DNA from: Candidatus Levyibacteriota bacterium
Lineage (GTDB): Bacteria; Patescibacteriota; Microgenomatia; Levybacterales; UBA12049
Reading direction: 5' to 3'
NCBI GenBank assembly: GCA_963790825.1
Contig: CAWBPM010000003.1
Span: 56,353-120,352 of the forward strand
DNA: 64,000 bases
Positions 20,062 to 30,479 of the stretch are shown one piece after another (the first letter of the stretch is position 1; the number at the start of each line of letters is the position of its first letter). Under the pieces are notes generated by a model. The model had not been told where the DNA came from. It saw only the letters and a list, made by a program, of their open reading frames with translations, and did not search any database. Both the position numbers and the translations under genes were made by a program.

Positions 20062-21507
20062 TTATCCATTTCTCTGCAAGATTGCAGCCACATCCGTATG
20101 CAGTTGCTTCCTAGCTATAGCATACAATATACCCAGATACAAGACGATGCCCAAAATAATAATATATACAATATCCATGAGGCTATGAATAAATACTCTG
20201 CCTGAAAACAAAAAGAATATACTGATAATTACAGTCCCTATCGTTGGTTTTAAGATACTTTTTATAAAGTTGAACTTTACCACTTTTCGAACCAGATAAA
20301 TAGTAATTAAAATAGTCAAAGTAATAGTGAAAGAGGCAATCGCAACACCATTGTAGCCGTAAAAATAAATAAGAACCGGTGTTAAAATCCAGGTCATTAC
20401 AGTCCAAAGAAGCATCAGTTGCAAGGTAGTCCGTACCTGACCATTTGCATCAAGAACGTTAATTAAAATGCTTGAGAGAGAAGATATTAATGCGTTTAGC
20501 GAGAAAAATACAATACTGATATAAGAAAGATCCCATTTATCATGCCAAAAATAATGAATCAGACTCGGGGAGAGAATAATGAGTGTCATCATCGTCGGGA
20601 ACATAATAAAACTGGTAAAAAAAAGTGATTTTTCAATTGCCACTGCGAGAACCCGTTTATCCTCCTGCATCCTGGCGTAAGCAGCAAACATGACTTTTGT
20701 CACGCTATCCACTACGTAACGGTAAGGAATAAATGCCAATCTCTGTCCAAATCCTAAGTAACCGATTTGTTGCATCGGCAGAAAACGCGGGAGAACCACT
20801 TGTACCAAGTTATCTTTTAATGCAGCGAGAATATTTTTTGCCTGGAATTGACTGCCAAATTTTAAATGATACAGCGCAGATTTATCTATCTTCATACGTA
20901 TTTTCCAGGGTGAAACAAGATAATACACAGGAATTCCAATCAGGCTTGACAGGAGAAAACCCCAGGTATAACTGACAATGCCATAATTATTAAGAACCAG
21001 AATAATTAAAACGAGGTTAAAGGTAAATGTTTCGGCTATATGAGGAATCACTAATTTTTGAAATTGTATACTCCGCTCAAGAAGAATTGAGGGAATTAAT
21101 TTAAACGAGGAGAGAAAAATCGATAAAATCAAAACGAGGAATAGATATGCACCTGCCGAGTTAAGTCTAAAAAGCTGCGCAAGCTGCGAGAGAAAAACAA
21201 AAGCGAGAATAAAAATGACCAGCGTTATTATAAATTGCAGAGTGAAAACTGTCGTGATATCTTTTTCTTCAAGACTGTCTTTTTTTTGAATTAATGCAGC
21301 CCCAAGTCCAAAATCAGTAAAAAAGCTGATGAGATTCTGGGCATTAATAGCGACCGTATAGATTCCCAAATCAGTAGCCGTTAATTTTTTGGATATGATA
21401 ATAAATGCTGCAATTGAAATAAAATTCAGCAGGAAATTTCGCGAGATTAATGCCAATACTCCACCGACAATCCGTTTCGTAATAGCGTCCAAATCAAGTT
21501 CGTCCAT
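20062..21507 (-). CDS. Wzx/MOP-superfamily oligosaccharide flippase
   Basis: About 12-14 TM helices, FTDFGLGAALIQKK, LLERSIQF. Start reassigned to ATG 21507 (MDELDL), which overlaps the upstream stop. Confidence 0.85.
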   Translation of the reverse strand: MDELDLDAITKRIVGGVLALISRNFLLNFISIAAFIIISKKLTATDLGIYTVAINAQNLISFFTDFGLGAALIQKKDSLEEKDITTVFTLQFIITLVIFILAFVFLSQLAQLFRLNSAGAYLFLVLILSIFLSSFKLIPSILLERSIQFQKLVIPHIAETFTFNLVLIILVLNNYGIVSYTWGFLLSSLIGIPVYYLVSPWKIRMKIDKSALYHLKFGSQFQAKNILAALKDNLVQVVLPRFLPMQQIGYLGFGQRLAFIPYRYVVDSVTKVMFAAYARMQEDKRVLAVAIEKSLFFTSFIMFPTMMTLIILSPSLIHYFWHDKWDLSYISIVFFSLNALISSLSSILINVLDANGQVRTTLQLMLLWTVMTWILTPVLIYFYGYNGVAIASFTITLTILITIYLVRKVVKFNFIKSILKPTIGTVIISIFFLFSGRVFIHSLMDIVYIIILGIVLYLGILYAIARKQLHTDVAAILQRNG

Positions 21508-22210
21508 AATGTAAATCAAACCATAACTGTAAGCTTTCCAAAACTGCCCGGACAATAACGGGGAAATTCGCTCCGCTTTGGGATCCATACTCTCTGGGGT
21601 AATGATTTACCCCAACTTCTTTTATCCTCAGTTTTTTCTTTTTGGCTTTCGCGAGAATTTCAGTCGAGATCATTGCTCCTTCAGAACGCAGGGGCATAAT
21701 TTTATCAACTGCTTCCTTTCTGAACATCTTAAATGCACAGTCAATATCTTGAAAATAAAAATGAAACAAAATAAAATCTCCCAGTTTCAGTAAATACATC
21801 AGAAGTAATCTTTTGAATAAATTATGATCCTGTCTCCTTTTTCTGAAGCCGATTACTAAATCCGCACTATCAATTTTTTCAATAAATTTCGTTATCTCTG
21901 AAAAATCGAATTGTCCATCCCCATCAGTAAATACAATATATTTATACTTAGCGTTGGTAAATCCTTCTTTTAATGCAGCTCCATATCCGCGATTCGGTTT
22001 ATGAGAAATTATCCGAAGATGGGGGTGTTTTTTTACCAGGGTCTCCGCTCTCTTCAGTGTATTATCCGAAGAACCGTCGTCGATTATGATAATTTCCCAT
22101 TTTTGCGAAACATTTGCGGCAATGGGAATTGCTTTCTCGATTACCGAATCGATATTTTTTTCTTCATTCCAAAAAGGAAAAAAGATTGATAATTCAGGAA
22201 GTTTTTCCAT
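21494..22210 (-). CDS. GT2 polyprenyl-phosphate glycosyltransferase (DPM1-like)
   Basis: PFWNEE, IDDGSSD, NRGYGAALKEG, FTDGDGQFD, DIDCAFK. Confidence 0.9.
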   Translation of the reverse strand: MEKLPELSIFFPFWNEEKNIDSVIEKAIPIAANVSQKWEIIIIDDGSSDNTLKRAETLVKKHPHLRIISHKPNRGYGAALKEGFTNAKYKYIVFTDGDGQFDFSEITKFIEKIDSADLVIGFRKRRQDHNLFKRLLLMYLLKLGDFILFHFYFQDIDCAFKMFRKEAVDKIMPLRSEGAMISTEILAKAKKKKLRIKEVGVNHYPREYGSQSGANFPVIVRAVLESLQLWFDLHYGRT

Positions 22211-23891
22211 ACGTGTTTCTCTTTTTCCGTTCTATTATTATACCAGTTAGAATCCCGACTATACCAGTAATGCTAAGTAAATTCCCCATTTTTTCAACCG
22301 GAGTCTGTATAAATTCGGCTTCAATCGTATGGATTCCTCGCGGTAGTGAAACATCATATCCAAAATTAGTTTCATCCGGAACTATTTTTTGCCGGTCAAG
22401 AAAAAACTGCCAGCTCGGATAGACAGCCAGATTAAAATGGACTACTACTTCGTTTTTATCTTCAGTTTGAACTGATATTCTCTGGGTTTTTTCTGAAATA
22501 GATAGAATTTTACCATTCTTCATAACTACTCTTTGCACCGGGATATCGTGAATAGTCTTTGGTTTTGTAAAACCAATTGGCAAGTACTCGTCGGTAAGCC
22601 GGGACGCATCCCAGCGGACTGCCTGAAGTGACGTATAGTCATTTACCGATTTAAGAAGTATTTTTTGCGGAACGAAGAGCTTTGCTTGCATATAGATCAC
22701 TCCAAAGATAAGAACAACAGCTACTGCCAAAGATGTAGATCGGAATTGTTTAAATATAAATCCCATAAACCAGGTGGTAAAACCGGTAAGAAATGAGGAA
22801 GCAAAAGAGATAAGTATAAGAAACCGCCAGGGATATTGCAGAAAGGCCATCGGCTTTACCAGCTCCCAAAAAGATCTTGAGACATCAAGTGTTAAGAAAA
22901 TTGAGACAATTAATAAAATAATTGCGAAAAGACTGACTGAAAATTTTACCTTGTCTTTTTGAAAAATAAACGGGATAAAAAACAGTGACAAAACAGAAAG
23001 AAGGATTGCCAATTTCCCGATTCTAAAAGATAACCCGTCTATACAACCCGGGCCGGAGCCTCCATATCCCCACGGACTATTCCAAAGCTGTGTTAAGCAT
23101 ACAAAATGTTCATGAAAATCCGCGCTTCCCCCGATTTGCGAAAGGACGTTTGTATACTTAATCTCAGAAAGTGCCGGAAGAAAGTAAAATCCGGAGAGAA
23201 GAACTCCCAATAATAAAGTAGCTCCTAATAAATAGAGTATTTTTTTCTGATTTGCTTTACATGCTTTAAAGCAAAGAACAAGTAATGCGAGAAACAGGAA
23301 GGGCGTAACCATCATTCCGGTCAGATTATGTGACAAAATAATGCCCGAAAACCCAATTGAACCGATAATGACATACCGCCATTTTGGATTTTGATAAACT
23401 TTCCAGATTCCATAAAACGCCAGCGGAATAAAACTGTAGGCGAAAAACTCAGCCACATCTCCCCGAACGTAAATATCAACTGCATGATACGGGGCATACA
23501 AATAAAATAATCCCGCAACAACACCGCCTGTTTTTCCCCAAAATTCCCGGGCCAAAAGATACATTGTAATACCTGAGAAAATAATGCCGAACCCGAACAT
23601 CAGTTTTGTAGCCGTTAATGCATCAAAACCGGTTAACTGAAATATTCCGCCAATATAATATGCCATAGGCCCGTAAAAATTAAAAATAGGATATCCATAT
23701 CCATATCCTAAGTCCGCTACCCAGCGGACCGGGAACATTCCGTCCCCTATTGCTTTGCTCATTTCAAATACCCTGGCAACTTGTGTATTATCATGCATCG
23801 GGAAAAAACCCGCCATAAAAAGCGGCTTGACCGCCCAGTATGACAGACAAAGTAAAATTAATATTGGTATAATTTCCCTAAATTTATACAT
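22194..23891 (-). CDS. GT-C-type membrane protein (PTPS-related family)
   Basis: HDNTQVAR..DGMFPVRW..GYGYPIFNFYGP, APYH...YVRGDVAE, QYPWRF. Confidence 0.78.
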   Translation of the reverse strand: MYKFREIIPILILLCLSYWAVKPLFMAGFFPMHDNTQVARVFEMSKAIGDGMFPVRWVADLGYGYGYPIFNFYGPMAYYIGGIFQLTGFDALTATKLMFGFGIIFSGITMYLLAREFWGKTGGVVAGLFYLYAPYHAVDIYVRGDVAEFFAYSFIPLAFYGIWKVYQNPKWRYVIIGSIGFSGIILSHNLTGMMVTPFLFLALLVLCFKACKANQKKILYLLGATLLLGVLLSGFYFLPALSEIKYTNVLSQIGGSADFHEHFVCLTQLWNSPWGYGGSGPGCIDGLSFRIGKLAILLSVLSLFFIPFIFQKDKVKFSVSLFAIILLIVSIFLTLDVSRSFWELVKPMAFLQYPWRFLILISFASSFLTGFTTWFMGFIFKQFRSTSLAVAVVLIFGVIYMQAKLFVPQKILLKSVNDYTSLQAVRWDASRLTDEYLPIGFTKPKTIHDIPVQRVVMKNGKILSISEKTQRISVQTEDKNEVVVHFNLAVYPSWQFFLDRQKIVPDETNFGYDVSLPRGIHTIEAEFIQTPVEKMGNLLSITGIVGILTGIIIERKKRNTYGKTS

Positions 23892-23908
23892 AAGTTAAGA
23901 TGAAAAAG

Positions 23909-25567
23909 TTAAAACTCAAACTTTTGTCTTGGCAACAGACTTAAAAAAATAAGTACGACCAAACCGACTAATGAGATCATATCGCTTACAAGTCTCATTG
24001 GAGTTTCTGAAAATTTACCTATAACAGTGTGCTGCCCCTGTGGAACTGCTATTTCCATTACTCCTAAATCATTAGTATATGTAATTTTGCTGTTTTTATC
24101 ATCCACACTAATATTCCAGCCTGGATAATAAATTGTATTAATTCGTATGAGACTAGCTGACTTAAGATCGAGATTAAAACTTATAAAGTGTGAATTAGAG
24201 GAAATATTCTGAATTTTTCCCTTTCCATTTATAAGTTCTACTTTTTTATCAGGCCTTTGAGACGGTTCTGTTCTCACCCATAACGGCATTAACTCCTGAG
24301 ATGAAGTAGTTGTGGCATCGTTTGTTAAATAATATTGATCTCCTTTGTCAATATAATTAGACGGCTTTGCGTGAGGAAAAATAAGAACCACTGCCAATGC
24401 GCAAAGACAAACAAGGGTGTATTTCATTATCTTATTTTGGATCCACAGGAAACCGGAAAGTAAACTTATCAGAAATCCGATAGGGCTAAGCAGAGTCCAG
24501 GGATAATTAATTTCTTTTAACAAAGGTGTTATCTGCCAAATGACTCCGGTAAAAGAAAACATAAGCAGAATGAAAAGAACTGTTGCTGCTGCTAAAATAG
24601 CTGTAAGTTTAAAATAAAACGTTTTTATTATTTCTCTCTTAATCAACCACAAGTAAAGTAAAAAGCCAATAATTAAGAACAATACAACAATTTGCGCTAA
24701 GCCGATTTGATATGAAAAACCGTCAGGCTGATTGGGAAGACCATATCCCCATTTGGGAATAATGATCTGGTAAAGATGAACAAAATAGATATTCCTGTCC
24801 GCGATAGGAATCTTGGAAAGAAGTATATTGTGTTTTTCAAGAAGTGCAGGTAACCAGAAAAACGCTGACAGTGCGTAGCTTAATATGATAAACAGTAGGG
24901 ACTTTACGAAGCCTTTTCCTTTTGCCAGATATAATTTGAATCCGATAAAAAGAAGAAGAAGCGGCGTAAAAAGCAGTGCCATAATATTATGCGACATAAC
25001 AAGGAGTGCATAACTTATCGGTCCCAAAATGATATAACGGTTAGATTGTTTTTCATCTAATATTTTTGCTGCACAGAAAAGAATAAGCGGGAAAAGAGCA
25101 AACGATAATGACTCTCCCACAGATCCCCTGGCGTAGAGATCGACGATGCGATACGGAAGATATATATACAGAATTGCACTGATAACTCCCGAAAACTTAT
25201 TCTTCCAGACTTCATTTGAAAGCAGATACATGCCGACTCCCGAAATGACAACACTTAGTGCAAATAAAAGCTTTAAACTATTGACAAACCCGAGTTTAAA
25301 AAAATGGAAAAGCGTGCCAATATAATACGGTGCCGGGTAGGTAAAATTAAACAGAGGGTAACCATAACCAAAATTAAGATTTCCGCTGTAGCGTACCGGA
25401 AATTGATGATCCCTGAGACTTCGAAACATATCCCCGAGCCTTACAACAGCCCACTCACCATCGTGCGTCGGAAAGTATCCCGCGTGAAAATAAGGCAGAA
25501 TAACTGGTACTCCGATAATGATTAAAAAAATAATAATGAAAAATGGACTGACAAACCGTTTTATCAT
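23909..25567 (-). CDS. GT-C-type membrane protein (PTPS-related family)
   Basis: THDGEW..FPVRY..GYGYPLFNFTYP, PYR..LYARGSVGE, YYPGW; paralog of 22194-23891. Confidence 0.78.
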   Translation of the reverse strand: MIKRFVSPFFIIIFLIIIGVPVILPYFHAGYFPTHDGEWAVVRLGDMFRSLRDHQFPVRYSGNLNFGYGYPLFNFTYPAPYYIGTLFHFFKLGFVNSLKLLFALSVVISGVGMYLLSNEVWKNKFSGVISAILYIYLPYRIVDLYARGSVGESLSFALFPLILFCAAKILDEKQSNRYIILGPISYALLVMSHNIMALLFTPLLLLFIGFKLYLAKGKGFVKSLLFIILSYALSAFFWLPALLEKHNILLSKIPIADRNIYFVHLYQIIIPKWGYGLPNQPDGFSYQIGLAQIVVLFLIIGFLLYLWLIKREIIKTFYFKLTAILAAATVLFILLMFSFTGVIWQITPLLKEINYPWTLLSPIGFLISLLSGFLWIQNKIMKYTLVCLCALAVVLIFPHAKPSNYIDKGDQYYLTNDATTTSSQELMPLWVRTEPSQRPDKKVELINGKGKIQNISSNSHFISFNLDLKSASLIRINTIYYPGWNISVDDKNSKITYTNDLGVMEIAVPQGQHTVIGKFSETPMRLVSDMISLVGLVVLIFLSLLPRQKFEF

Positions 25568-27216
25568 AATGCGACAATTTTATATGCAACTCTCCCGTCG
25601 GGAAAGCGAATTTCTTCTTTCATTTGTCCAATACCTGCCGGAATTTCAAGCGGCGTACCAATGAGCAGCGTCTTTTTCATGGTTAATTGTTTTGCTGTAA
25701 TATTTGCAAATTCATACTTGCCAATTTTGCGGTAAAATCTGGCAACTATTCCATCTCCGCTATAATTCCAATTCTTCTGATACCACGTCGGATCAATTTT
25801 AGCGTAAAACAAATAATAAATATATGGCTGATCATACGCATAAGTCATAATGATATGCGTATACTCGCTCTCGTGCTGTTTTGCATACATTACCGCCTGC
25901 TTATTACCATATTGCCAAAAATAGCCATATTTAATCGGCGTCTCTACATAGTAACTATATAAATAGTATATTATGTTTAAACAAAACAAGAGGATAATGC
26001 CAACAGTTAATACTCTGCCTGCCAGTTTCTTTTTCTTAAGATATAGCAAACAGCAAATAAAACCGGCTGAAGTAAAAATTTGAAATGCGGGGATCATCGC
26101 AATTGCCCTAACAGGCTGCGGCGTACCGGTTGTGATCGCTGCCGGAAGAGGGGCTAAAAGAAAGAGCAGAAACAAGAGAACAATTCGTCTATTCCTTTTT
26201 TTATATAAAAAAATAATACCCAAAATAATAAAGGGGAAATCCCAAAGATACAGCATTCCCATGTTATATGCATGATGCTGGACACCACCGTCTCCACGGA
26301 GAAAAAGGAAATTAAAATTAAAATGATCAAAGTATCCATTTATAACTTCGGGAATAAAAATAACCCGTCTGTTATATAAAATTTCCTTGATGACGTCGTG
26401 ACTTTTTTTCGCTACCAATTCCTGTTGGGCCGAGAGCTGCTGAAGAGCGGGATCTGAAAAGACTGTCACCATAGAAAGCCTTGCTCCGGTTCCTTGCGAC
26501 TGACTAAAGCTGGTGTAAACAGGTAAACAAGCCAAAATAATAAGCAGTAAAGATACGCTTACAACGAGTTTTTGTTTTAATAAATCTTTATAGAAAAAGA
26601 GGCAGAGAATGACAAGAAGAATTGGATTAATAAGCCGGAAACTATGGTATGAGTAAAGACTTAGAATAAAAAAAACCGCAAAGAGAAGATAATACCGGCT
26701 TTTTTTTATTCCTTTGAAAAAGAAAAGGAGTGCCAAGATAAGAAAACACATACCGATATTACCTTCAAAGGCTGCACGGGAAAATTGCAAATGCCATGGC
26801 GAAACCGCGAGAAAAAAAGACGTCCCGAGTGCGATCCATTGTCTTTTCTGCTTATCCCAGTTCTCCAAAATCTCAAGAACAAAAAAATAGACTGCTATAA
26901 CGGCAAGAACACCGATAATAGCTGCCGGAAAGCGGACGACAAATTCTGTGAGACCGAATAGGGCAATTGCCGGAACTGTTAAATAAATATAAACCGGTGG
27001 TTTATAGTCATCAAATGAGCGAAAACTCAAAGGAAATTTGTTGCCGTACTCGTCAGCACCGGTTTTAAGTATCGAATATGCATTATATCCAATACTTGCC
27101 TCGTCCCAATCAAGACTGGGAGGATTCAGACCAAGCTCATAAAATCGAAGCACGATTGCAAGTACCGTTATGCTTATGAAAAGTAGTAAGATGTAGTACT
27201 TGTGTAGTATATTCAT
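25564..27216 (-). CDS. GT-C membrane glycosyltransferase (PMT/ArnT-like)
   Basis: WDEASIGYNAYSILKTGADEYG..SFDDYKPPVYIY, SPWHLQFSRAAFE. Confidence 0.85.
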   Translation of the reverse strand: MNILHKYYILLLFISITVLAIVLRFYELGLNPPSLDWDEASIGYNAYSILKTGADEYGNKFPLSFRSFDDYKPPVYIYLTVPAIALFGLTEFVVRFPAAIIGVLAVIAVYFFVLEILENWDKQKRQWIALGTSFFLAVSPWHLQFSRAAFEGNIGMCFLILALLFFFKGIKKSRYYLLFAVFFILSLYSYHSFRLINPILLVILCLFFYKDLLKQKLVVSVSLLLIILACLPVYTSFSQSQGTGARLSMVTVFSDPALQQLSAQQELVAKKSHDVIKEILYNRRVIFIPEVINGYFDHFNFNFLFLRGDGGVQHHAYNMGMLYLWDFPFIILGIIFLYKKRNRRIVLLFLLFLLAPLPAAITTGTPQPVRAIAMIPAFQIFTSAGFICCLLYLKKKKLAGRVLTVGIILLFCLNIIYYLYSYYVETPIKYGYFWQYGNKQAVMYAKQHESEYTHIIMTYAYDQPYIYYLFYAKIDPTWYQKNWNYSGDGIVARFYRKIGKYEFANITAKQLTMKKTLLIGTPLEIPAGIGQMKEEIRFPDGRVAYKIVAL

Positions 27217-28904
27217 TGTCGTTCGATCAAAATATATGCTGGTTCATTATAGGGATAAGTGATAATATTTTGGCCGTCGAGTGAAACAACATTCCTCATC
27301 GGATAATAAAATGTTTTAATTATTCCGGCATCCAGCGGTAGTTGTTTTCTGTTTGTAATATATAAAGTATTTTTCTCTAAATTAGTAGTCTCATCAATTG
27401 TTTGATACTCAAATTTCCCTGCTTTTGCAAGCGTTACTAACGCGCCGTCTTTTCGATATATTGCTTGTTTTTGATAAGTAGCCGGATCATAACCGCTATA
27501 GAAAAGAAGCGAGGTATAAGAGAAGTCTGTTGATGTGTCAAAAATAATTTTGTTGTATGTTTTTTGATGCTGCATTATATATGTAACAACCTCCGGGTCG
27601 GGAGATCGCCAAGATTGGGCACCAGTTATAGGAAATTGATAGAGGTAAGAAGCGAGAAAATATATGACAGCGTAAAAAACGATAAGGCAGCTTATTATAG
27701 TAGTGATATTTTTTATAAAAGTCATTTTTATTGTACGAATTTTCAGCCAAAGATGTACAATACCGACTGCAGAAAAAATTGTAAACGGCAAAAGAACAAG
27801 GTAGTTTCTCGTCGGTTGCGGTACATCAATGATAAGACAACCAACAATAAGTACCACTGCAAACCATATATATATTGGCTGCCAATATTTTTCTTTTGAT
27901 TTCAGCATGATAAAAAAACCGTATGGTATTGTTATCGCCTCAAAGATGTAAAACATTCCCACATTTCCTATTCCATCAATTAGGTTATCTGCACCATGAA
28001 CAAAGAAAAAATCAACAGAAAAGAATCTGACATAATTGGTAAAATATTGCCAAATAATAAGCGTCCAATTATTAAAAAACAATTTTATGATAGGCAGCGG
28101 AAGCGGAGACAGATTGCTGCGAAAATTAAGGTTTGTCACACGAAAAACATGGCCGATGAGAAGCAGGTCCTGCTGATTATTTATTCCGGACTGAGAAAAT
28201 AGAGTCAGTATGAGGGGAAGTATAGTAACAATTGCAAAAGACAGTGCAGCGACCAGCGCCTTTTTATTAAACCGCATGATGTCCTTCCGGTAAAATAACA
28301 ATAGCAGGACAAAGAGTAACGGCGAGGTAACCCGTGTAACATTATAGGTGTACATCGCAATACCAAACGTGATTATAGACAAAAAAAGGTAGATAATTTT
28401 TTGGGACTGCATACTTTTTATCAACATCCAGACGCCAAGCAATGTAAACATAAACGCCACATTTACTTCAAATGCAGCTCGCGAAAAAAAGATATGCCAT
28501 GGGTTAATTGCCAGTAGCGCAGAAGCAGTTATCGCTATCGCAGTTCGTTTGCTAAGATCTTTGAGGAAAAAATACAAAAAGAGTACAGTAAAAAATCCGG
28601 AAATTGCAGAAAAGAAACGAATGGCAAACGGAGTCATTCCAAACAGTTTTATCGATGCCACAGTCGTATAAATATAAACCGGCAATTTATAGTCATTGAA
28701 CGACTTAAAATACAAAGGCATTTTCACTCCGTATTCATCCCGCCCGGTTTTAAGAATTGAGTATGCGTTGTACCCTATTGCAGTCTCGTCTTTATTTAAT
28801 CCGTTTGGTATTTGGTCAAGATGGTAAAAGCGGAGAAAAAACGCGGAAAAAAATATCAGCAGTAACAACAAGGTGGAATAGCTAATGCGAATGCGGTTAT
28901 TCAT
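27213..28904 (-). CDS. GT-C membrane glycosyltransferase (PMT/ArnT-like)
   Basis: KDETAIGYNAYSILKTGRDEYG..SFNDYKLPVYIY, NPWHIFFSRAAFE. Confidence 0.85.
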   Translation of the reverse strand: MNNRIRISYSTLLLLLIFFSAFFLRFYHLDQIPNGLNKDETAIGYNAYSILKTGRDEYGVKMPLYFKSFNDYKLPVYIYTTVASIKLFGMTPFAIRFFSAISGFFTVLFLYFFLKDLSKRTAIAITASALLAINPWHIFFSRAAFEVNVAFMFTLLGVWMLIKSMQSQKIIYLFLSIITFGIAMYTYNVTRVTSPLLFVLLLLFYRKDIMRFNKKALVAALSFAIVTILPLILTLFSQSGINNQQDLLLIGHVFRVTNLNFRSNLSPLPLPIIKLFFNNWTLIIWQYFTNYVRFFSVDFFFVHGADNLIDGIGNVGMFYIFEAITIPYGFFIMLKSKEKYWQPIYIWFAVVLIVGCLIIDVPQPTRNYLVLLPFTIFSAVGIVHLWLKIRTIKMTFIKNITTIISCLIVFYAVIYFLASYLYQFPITGAQSWRSPDPEVVTYIMQHQKTYNKIIFDTSTDFSYTSLLFYSGYDPATYQKQAIYRKDGALVTLAKAGKFEYQTIDETTNLEKNTLYITNRKQLPLDAGIIKTFYYPMRNVVSLDGQNIITYPYNEPAYILIERQ

Positions 28905-30426
28905 GTAATTTATAGACAGTCAAATAGTTATTTGTGCCTCTTTGGATTTGCAGTACCGGAGTAAGCGGCCAACTAAGAGGTGCTATACCCGCAACAGGAC
29001 ACATAGGACACGGCTGATAAAATACGACGTAGACACTCTCCTGACGACCGGCAGCAATTAGATTTTTTAGTGCAAGGTCATTAACCGGCCAAAAGCCTTT
29101 AATTGTTATGTTGGGATTTTTAATCAGATAAAGCTCGTAGGATGCCGGCATCAAGCCAAATGTTCCCTCGGTAGTGATATAAATCTTTTCTTTTTGTGCT
29201 TGCGCAGTGAAAAATGCAATTGATTCTTTTATTCCACCACCCGAGGGCCAATCAGTACTGTATTGGGTTATATCTGAGTTTGGAATCGGTGAGGAGGAAA
29301 AATTAGTCAGTATTAAAACGTCAGTAGCTATTGTATAGAAAAAAAGGGCGATGAGAAGCGCAACTTGTAAAATTTTAGAGCGAAAGTAAGATAAGTAATT
29401 TGTGTAGATACGAGCCAGGCTATAAGCAATAAGCGGCAGAAGAGACAGTGTCATGAAGAGAATAAAACGGGGATAGATAACTTTTCCAAATAATGCCAGT
29501 CCAATAAACGGAATAATAAACCATAAAAAAAGCAGTACCTTTTCTCTTAAAAATTTCCAGTCAATCAGAAATGCTCCTACTGCAAGAAGTATATAAACGA
29601 TCCCCATATAAGTAACAAACCAGCTTACCTGTCCGGTTAGGTTACCAAAGAAAAAAGTAAGTGGATGCCTCAGCCAATCCGATAAGGGATAAACAAATGT
29701 CGCATTCTTCTGCGCAATTATATGAAAAAACGGCGAGAGTCGAAGTACGTTGTAAAATGCATATGTCAATATAGTCGTAATGATTGCCAGTCCTGTCCAT
29801 TTGAGAAACCTGGTAAACTTTTCTTTCTTTTTGAGATCAAAGAGTATGAGGGAAAAAGGCAGAAGATAAATGTTAAAAAAGCCATTCGATTTATTGAGAA
29901 CACTGGCACCGGTTATAAAAGATAAAATAAGTGCCAGATCAAGCCGTATATAGCGGATTAATAGAATCTCCAGGTATAGTCCCCATACGGTAAATGTACC
30001 AATTAAATCATCATAGAGTGCCATCCTGTCATAAACCAAACCGAATGGATAGATAACATAGAGAAATGCGGCAATGATGCCTACCCACTTGTTTTTAAAT
30101 GTCTCGCGACCCAAGAAGAACAGTCCGAGTGCGGTAAAAAATCCTGCCACTGTGGAAACAAATCTTCCGGCAAAAAGCGGATCATGAAATATTATCAGGA
30201 AAGAGCTTACTAACCAGATAAAAAGCGGTTGTTTTCCGTCGGTCAGTGAAATAAAACGCCAATTAGGATCTTGCCGGGCAATTTGCGCCCAGCGTAGGTA
30301 AATTGCTTCATCGGTAAAAATCGGAAGATTCGTGAGGTGAAAAAGCCGCGTAGCAAAATAGACAAGTACGAGAATTGCACCAATCAGAAGTTCCAGTTTA
30401 TACCTTCGGAAAAAGGCCATAATCAT
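28897..30426 (-). CDS. GT-C membrane glycosyltransferase (PMT_2-like)
   Basis: IFTDEAIYLRWAQ..SLTDGKQPLFIW, YDRMALYD, YPRFI. Confidence 0.8.
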   Translation of the reverse strand: MIMAFFRRYKLELLIGAILVLVYFATRLFHLTNLPIFTDEAIYLRWAQIARQDPNWRFISLTDGKQPLFIWLVSSFLIIFHDPLFAGRFVSTVAGFFTALGLFFLGRETFKNKWVGIIAAFLYVIYPFGLVYDRMALYDDLIGTFTVWGLYLEILLIRYIRLDLALILSFITGASVLNKSNGFFNIYLLPFSLILFDLKKKEKFTRFLKWTGLAIITTILTYAFYNVLRLSPFFHIIAQKNATFVYPLSDWLRHPLTFFFGNLTGQVSWFVTYMGIVYILLAVGAFLIDWKFLREKVLLFLWFIIPFIGLALFGKVIYPRFILFMTLSLLPLIAYSLARIYTNYLSYFRSKILQVALLIALFFYTIATDVLILTNFSSSPIPNSDITQYSTDWPSGGGIKESIAFFTAQAQKEKIYITTEGTFGLMPASYELYLIKNPNITIKGFWPVNDLALKNLIAAGRQESVYVVFYQPCPMCPVAGIAPLSWPLTPVLQIQRGTNNYLTVYKLHE

Positions 30427-30479
30427 ATCTTTAAATTATACATAAAAGCAGAGACGAGGAGCAAATGTAAGGTTCTCTC

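Noticed and set aside
21508-21588. N-terminal extensions in the ORF track (also 31668-31736, 47940-48011, 33048-33071)
   Set aside because: They overlap neighbouring genes; downstream ATGs give normal spacing and family-typical N-termini.
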